36,586 nucleotides of DNA from Licmophora abbreviata. Its lineage: Eukaryota. The stretch is taken from assembly GCA_900291995.1 (NCBI GenBank), contig OLMU01002625.1, positions 1 through 36,586 of the forward strand. The letters run 5' to 3'. Shown in pieces: positions 30,781 to 36,586 of the stretch (positions are counted from its first letter, which is position 1; each line of letters starts with the position of its first letter). The notes beneath the pieces were generated by a model, which did no database searches, was not told the DNA's origin, and saw nothing but the letters and a program-made list of their open reading frames with translations. The translations under genes were made by a program, and so were the position numbers.

Positions 30781-32076
30781 ATGTCTACCGTCAAGACTTT
30801 ATTTTTGGTGCTGGCCGCGTCCTGCCGACTGCCGTCGGCAATACAAGGTTTCTCGATTCTTCCGACCGAGAACACTAGGTTACGTTCCTCGAGCCGGCAT
30901 CTCGTCGCCGCTACGAGGATGTGCTCTCAGCACAGCAGCGACTTGAATCGACGCGAGGTGCTATCAAAGGCTGTCTTGGCTGCTTCTGCCGCGACGACTG
31001 CTTCTGGACTGACTCTGCCGGCCTCGGCTGACACAGTTCCTTCGTCTGTTCTCGTGCCACCGACTGCAACGTCCATTCCGACTGTTCGACTTGGAGGCAG
31101 TACTTTGGAGGTTTCTAGAACAATCCAGGGGTATTGGCAGCTCGCAGGTGGACATGGAAGATACAAGGAGTCAGAAGCGATAGCCAATATGCAAAAGCAC
31201 TTCGACGCGGGGGTCACCACACTCGATACGGCGGACATCTATGGTCCAAGTGAACTCATTGTGGGAAAGTTTGCCAGTCATCAACCCAAGGCGATCCCCT
31301 GTACAAAATTTTGTTGCTTTCGCTATCTGGAAGAAATTGACCGTGCTGAAGTTCGACTGCGAATTCAGAAGGCCTGTGAACGACTGCAAGTTGCAAAATT
31401 GCCGCTGGTAGCCTTCTTTTGGTCCAATTACGATGTCAAGCGATACACTGATGTGGCGCTGTACCTGACGGAGCTAAAGGAAGAGGGACTGATACAAGAA
31501 ATAGGAGCAACAAACCTCGATCTCAAACGACTCAAGGAACTCAAAGACGCTGGAGTGCCGCTTGTGTCGAATCAGATCCAGCTGTCGGCACTCGACCGAC
31601 GTCCGGTACAGAGTGGCATGGCGGACTGGTGTACCGACAACAAGATAAGCCTGATCGGATTTGGTACGGTGGGCAGTGGTATTCTTTCCAATCGCTATCT
31701 CGGAAAGGGCGCTCCTACGCAGGAAGAACGAAATACGGCATCGATGCGAATGTACAGTAGCACTGCGGCTCGGTTCGGCAGCTGGAAACTTGTGCAGGAG
31801 CTTCTGCAGACGATGAACGCAATTGCGATAGAGGCGAGGAACGATGGGCGCTGCCCAGAAGCTAATATTTCCAACATTGCGCAGCGCTACGTTTTGGAAA
31901 CGCCTGCTGTGGCCTCGGTTCTCATAGGGGTACGAAACCAAGAGCACATTGATGAGAACGTACGCACGCACTCGTTTCAGCTCACATCCTCTGAAAGAGA
32001 CGCCATAGACAAAGTTGTCGCCAGACGAAGTGGGCCGAAAGGCGACGTATGGGACGTAGAGCGAGGATACGTTTAG
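30781..32076 (+). CDS. Aldo-keto reductase family protein with plastid plus thylakoid-lumen (Tat-type) presequence
   Basis: QGYWQLAGGHG, DTADIYGPSE, TKF, EIGATN, SNQIQLSALDRRP and VLIGVRNQEHIDEN. The N-terminus has a signal peptide ending IQG-F, then NRREVLSKAVLAASAA..LPASA. Confidence 0.9.
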   Translation: MSTVKTLFLVLAASCRLPSAIQGFSILPTENTRLRSSSRHLVAATRMCSQHSSDLNRREVLSKAVLAASAATTASGLTLPASADTVPSSVLVPPTATSIPTVRLGGSTLEVSRTIQGYWQLAGGHGRYKESEAIANMQKHFDAGVTTLDTADIYGPSELIVGKFASHQPKAIPCTKFCCFRYLEEIDRAEVRLRIQKACERLQVAKLPLVAFFWSNYDVKRYTDVALYLTELKEEGLIQEIGATNLDLKRLKELKDAGVPLVSNQIQLSALDRRPVQSGMADWCTDNKISLIGFGTVGSGILSNRYLGKGAPTQEERNTASMRMYSSTAARFGSWKLVQELLQTMNAIAIEARNDGRCPEANISNIAQRYVLETPAVASVLIGVRNQEHIDENVRTHSFQLTSSERDAIDKVVARRSGPKGDVWDVERGYV

Positions 32077-32152
32077 ATTCCAAGAGCTACAAAGCAAGTA
32101 ATCCTCATACAATGAAGCACGGCAACAAACGGCCCCCCTATTTGCTACGGAA

Positions 32153-34728
32153 TCACCACCACTCGTCGTCCCCTTTCTCGTCATGATCGCCAGTCCTGTC
32201 TTCGCCCTGTTCTGATTCACTTTCATCCGAGTCATTACTATGCTTCAAGAATGAGTCGCCTTCTGAGTCGATTTCTTCCGATATGTTCGTCGGCGCGACA
32301 CAATGTTCTTCCTGAGACTCTGTGTCCGGGGCCATCATGGCTTCGTCGTCGTCACATTCCATTAGGTCTTCATCGTGGTCGCGGTCTTCCTGCTGGGCGC
32401 GTTGAGATTGAGAGGCGTCGGCTCTCTTTTGGTGACAGCAAACAGAGCGAAGCCGCTTCTCGATAGCCCAGGTCGCGACCGTCGCCGACAGAGCGTGCAG
32501 CTCCGGCGCGGCCGAAGAAGCGTCTGCATTCCGTGCCCCTTGGGGTAGGTCTTCTTCTATGAATGAATCATCATTTGCGTTGATATCCCCGTGCCTCCAC
32601 GCGTGGATGGAGAGCTGCAAGGAGGCTTGCAAGGAGGCGTTCTTGGACTTACGCACGATGGATGCGATCGCGCCTGACACAGCAGGAATGTAGCGAGTGT
32701 CCCGCGCCGTGTGTTTGAGCTGCTGGGACGTAAGTAGCAGCTCGGGGTTGGTGACTTGCAGGCTACGAAGGCAGTCAGTAATGCCAAGCTCGAGGGCACC
32801 GCCAATAGCTCGGTTGTTCAAAGGAAGTCGACCCTACAGACCACATTTGCAATTGAAGTCTGAGCAAAAGCGCGAGAATAGGATCACAGCATTGTACACA
32901 AGGTTCTTACTTTTGACAAGGTTGGGAGTGGTAGCGAAGCAGGCTCTGCGCAGATCTGCACAATGACCAGAATCTGACCGAGCCGATGAAACGCCGGAAG
33001 GAGTCGCGCTCGTGAATGTAACTGGCCTTCGTCGTCGCTTGATTCGTCGCTAATGCTCTCATTGTTTTCAAAGAGAGCGTGAACACTATGTTGAAAGAAT
33101 GGTGCCACCTGGTCGCTGTCAACGACCGCATACACAGGAACAAACAGATGTGCTGGCAATTGCCCAGAATGTTCCTCGTCTTCATCACTATTATCTCCAC
33201 CGGTCTCTTTCATGCTTCTAGGAACAAGATTCATTTCTGATGTGGGAGCAATGTGTAGTCCAAACGCATTCCAGCTCGCTTGGTTCGCACAGATTCCTTG
33301 GACAAGCCCACATGCCGCGGCTTCCGCACCGTCCAGAAGAGGCACGCCATTGACCATTCGAATCATGGAAAGCTTTGCATGGCGTTGTTTTTCCTCTCTG
33401 TCCGCAAGTATATCGTCTGCTGAGTCGCTTGTGCAGTACGACATACATTCGTCGTCGCTCATTTCGCTCCCATTTTGACTGCCTCCTCTATGTTTTGATC
33501 TGGTTTGTATACGATGATGGACACTTCTAGCGTCGGCGTGACTCGTCGACGTTTGCCTCGTCCAATGGGATGAGTTGAGTGAGCAACGTTCTTGAGTTCC
33601 ACGTTGCGCATAAGATAGCTTTGGACGGCGCTTCGGACTTGATCTCGATGCACGAGACTCTTGGAGGACCGCTGGTGCCGGTGATGTCGGCTGGTGCTCA
33701 GTCGGGCGCTTCTACCAGCTTGTTCATCACGCGGCGCTTCTACGGCTCCGTGCATCCAGGTGTTGTCCGACTGCAGATCATCCCTAGTGTTGCCAGCATT
33801 GCCGTTGTATGGTTCGTCCTCGCCAGTGATATCGACGACACCTTGCTGTGTTGGTGGCCGGACAAAGAGAGGCACATTTGACAAAGACGGGGCCAATACC
33901 TCGACGCTGCACTTTAGTTTCAGACTGAGTTGAAAGCGAGCAAAGTACTCGGCGAGTCGAGGCCATGCCAGGCGTGCCGTCGGACCATCCTGAGAAAGAG
34001 AGAGAGAGATGCGAAGTTAGTGGCGATGAGATCGGAGCGAGTGGTTCAAGAGAGCTCTCACAGCCCGTTCGACGCACCGGTACAAGAAGACTGACAGCAG
34101 TCCCACTTTCGCCAAACGATGTCTTGGGCAACTGCTCTCGCTTTACGCATCGAACGGAGTCTTCGTCCTTGTCAACCACATAGTTGGCCCTCGTATAGCA
34201 TTCTTGTTCTGTCGTGGCGGACATTATAGACGCACAGGAATCTGGAACGAGGCGTTGCGCGTGCAACATGCACAACGTGAGTCCCAGACCATAGCGCCCC
34301 GCCGTATGATCTACATCGATAGTGCTTGTTTCTATATCGTCCTCGTTTCCATCCGCTCCTGTATTGCGCTTGTTGCATGCCTTGGTGGTTCGAAAGACGT
34401 CTACACACTGCTGGATGTCTTTCATGCCGCATCCGTTGTCAGAGATCGTGACCCGAAGAACAGAATCTTCACTGCTGTACTCTTCATGGCTGTCCTTGAC
34501 GTGTTTGATTCGTTCAATGACGACGCGAACACGTTTGGCAGAGGCCGTGGTGTCGTTTTGTTGCTTACTACAAGCGTCTACTGCATTGTCGACGAGCTCT
34601 TTCACAATCTGAGCAAAGGCGTCGCAGTCTTTCTCTGACACAGCGGCTGCAGATGCGTGGGAGGCTCCGCCACTTTCTCCTCCAAAGCCTCCCAGGCTAG
34701 GATTGGAATGAAAGGCACGGAGCGCCAT
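32153..34728 (-). CDS. Divergent topoisomerase VI subunit B-like protein (GHKL plus transducer; candidate TOPOVIBL/MTOPVIB); exons 34728-34078, 33989-32911, 32833-32153, with a 1-nt frame break near 33460-33510
   Basis: GHKL boxes ELVDNAVDAC, ISDNGCGM, GRYGLGL and GTAVSL. Transducer-like MIRMVNGVPLL..ACGL..WNAFGL and LPLPTLSK-GRLP..LELGITDCLRSL. Introns 34077-33990 and 32910-32834 are GT-AG. Confidence 0.7.
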
Positions 34729-35075
34729 GGTCGATGCGTCGCCGACGTCGAGCAATGACGAAAAATGAAAAATATCTTTGAAAGAGGAAAGATCCTCGAA
34801 GTTTTGGCGCGCTCTCTAAAAACTACTCGAGTAGCTCGTCATCAGGGGTTGACGCAGAAGAGTCACAGTCTCAAGTCGTGCTGCGACACCTTTTGGCAAA
34901 CGACTCGACTCTCATGCTCCGTATGGAACCCTAACACTACCTCGCGCACGCTGGCTAGACTACAAATAGGATTGATATCGGTTTGCCCAGCTGTGAGGCA
35001 CGTCACGTTTTGCGCGAAGCTCAATCGGCAGTAAGTTGTGAGTTGAAGTACTAGCTTTGGTACGCTCGCATGAAC

Positions 35076-36341
35076 CTACTCGTCGCCGTCAATGGGCGCG
35101 AGGTAGAGTTCATGAAAGGGCATAGCGAAAAATCGTTGCAGATCAACGGGCGATTTGAGCGTTCCAATGTGCTCCTCTGCAATCAGTGGTCCCACTTCGT
35201 CCTATCGACCACAGGAAATGAATGATGAGTCTGTACCAGGCGTTGAATTCCCTATCAACAAGCCACACCGGTACTCACCTCTGATGCAAGTCGCACCTTC
35301 TCCCTCGTGTCGGCACTCAGGAAAGGGTACAATAGCTTGAACAACATCCTCATCCAGAACGGGGCATTGAGGATAAGCAAGAGCTTTAGTCGCCCAGGAT
35401 AGTTGCGCTGTAGCACACGAACAAGTTCCAAAATAGCAGCCCGTGGAGGGGCATTGTTGCTGCTACTGTACCGATCGAAATCAAAGACAGTCATTACTTT
35501 TTCTCGTTTTCCTTCCGTCAAAATTTCTGTGGTGGCAATGGCTCGTTCCGAAATATAGTTTTGTGCGGCGATGTACGGTTCGGCAGTGGTGCCGCCGACC
35601 AATCGAGGGAACTTGACGACGACGGCATGGGAGTCTCGGTCCACACCCCGCACAACCGTGATCTGTTTTTGTAGGTCATCCCAAACAAGCCCTCGGTACA
35701 GTTTCGCCATTTCTGCTTCCTCTTCAGTATCATATTCAATATCCTCCCTAAAGCAAGTCCGAAAAACATCCACTAGACGTTCCTAAGTATGACGTAGGAA
35801 GTAGACCAGCATGACAGAAAATCGTTAGCGGTCACCGTCAGCGGTAATTGCGTGATGCACGAAGGTACAGCTCACTCATACCTTTCGATCTTGACACGTA
35901 TCACGCAGTCTCTTCAAAGTCGTTTCATGGTTTTCTCCTTCTTCTACGTAGTGACGTCGGGCCTCCCGCATAGCCATCTCTTGCTTCACTGCCGCCGGAT
36001 CAAGCGCGCTGCCGTCCGACAACAAGCCAGTCGTCGATGCCACCCAATACGCATAGGACGTTCTTGCGGCCATCTCTTGTTCTTCATCGGTGAGTTCGTC
36101 AAACAGTTTCTGTAGGGGGGACGGGTATTCATACACTGGTGAGCAAGTGTGCCTCTCTGTCTCTGGAGGAATTGCTGTGTCGAAACTCTACACTCTCGGG
36201 TCCTCTGTTGGTGACTATCCTGTTGCTCACCTTACATGCTTGCTTTTGAGCCTCGTCCTTGTACGGCCCATCGGACTGCAGAACTCGCAAGATCACCTCG
36301 GGTGGAGGCAAGAAGGACTCTTCACTCTCGATTTTCGTCAT
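35076..36341 (-). CDS. CRAL-TRIO (Sec14-like) lipid-binding protein; exons 36341-36236, 36135-35882, 35782-35279, 35201-35076
   Basis: VRGVDRDSHAVVV..VMTVFDF..LVRVLQRNYPGRLKLLLILNAPFWMRMLFKLLYPFLSADTREKV. Three GT-AG introns give 990 nt in frame. Confidence 0.88.
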
Positions 36342-36586
36342 TGCGATTTAGCCTCCAAGCGTACAATTTCGGTACAATACTTCGTATATTCGATTGTTTC
36401 GATCCACCGCGAGCGATCAATGTAAGAGGTGAGCTGCAACAACGTTCAGAGCGGATACAATACACGCGCCGATGCAAGCAAACGACCAATGCGATGATGA
36501 TGATGGATGTTGTCGTTGGCGGTGGTCGCATCTTTGAATTGCGCATTGGCTTTGCCCACACATTCAACACTCACATCGTCGTCGTC

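Noticed and set aside
31474..32235. 253-aa antisense ORF over the AKR, and similar antisense or shifted ORFs such as 1735-2433, 6005-6733 and 20128-20766
   Set aside because: Shadow ORFs of well-supported genes, with no motifs of their own.
33459..33461. Selenocysteine read-through at the TGA in the Top6B-like gene
   Set aside because: The conserved downstream motifs are in a different frame, and there is no redox context.
1..36586. A single functional gene cluster, prokaryotic operon, or mobile element
   Set aside because: The genes are functionally unrelated, several are intron-containing, and they lie on mixed strands. No transposase, RT, LTR or TIR was seen.

Overview
Gene-dense eukaryotic nuclear DNA, most likely from a diatom or related photosynthetic stramenopile. 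The evidence is mostly short GT-AG introns (typically about 75-100 nt), bipartite plastid presequences cleaved before Phe, a tandem helicase-associated (HA) domain protein, and compact divergent gene pairs. I can support about 21 protein-coding genes and see no rRNA, tRNA, CRISPR or transposon. Most notable: (1) a selenoprotein thioredoxin reductase with an N-terminal glutaredoxin-like domain (TGR-like), ending Gly-Cys-Sec-Gly via an in-frame TGA and followed by a long hairpin starting in the stop codon and SECIS-like elements, the better-paired of which lacks the apical AA; (2) a divergent Topo VI B-like gene (candidate meiotic TOPOVIBL) split by a one-base frame break; (3) a divergent TFIIB-family gene missed by the ORF track; (4) a CesT/type III secretion chaperone-like protein; (5) an aldo-keto reductase with a thylakoid-lumen Tat signal and no catalytic His. 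All family assignments are by manual motif recognition, not database search.
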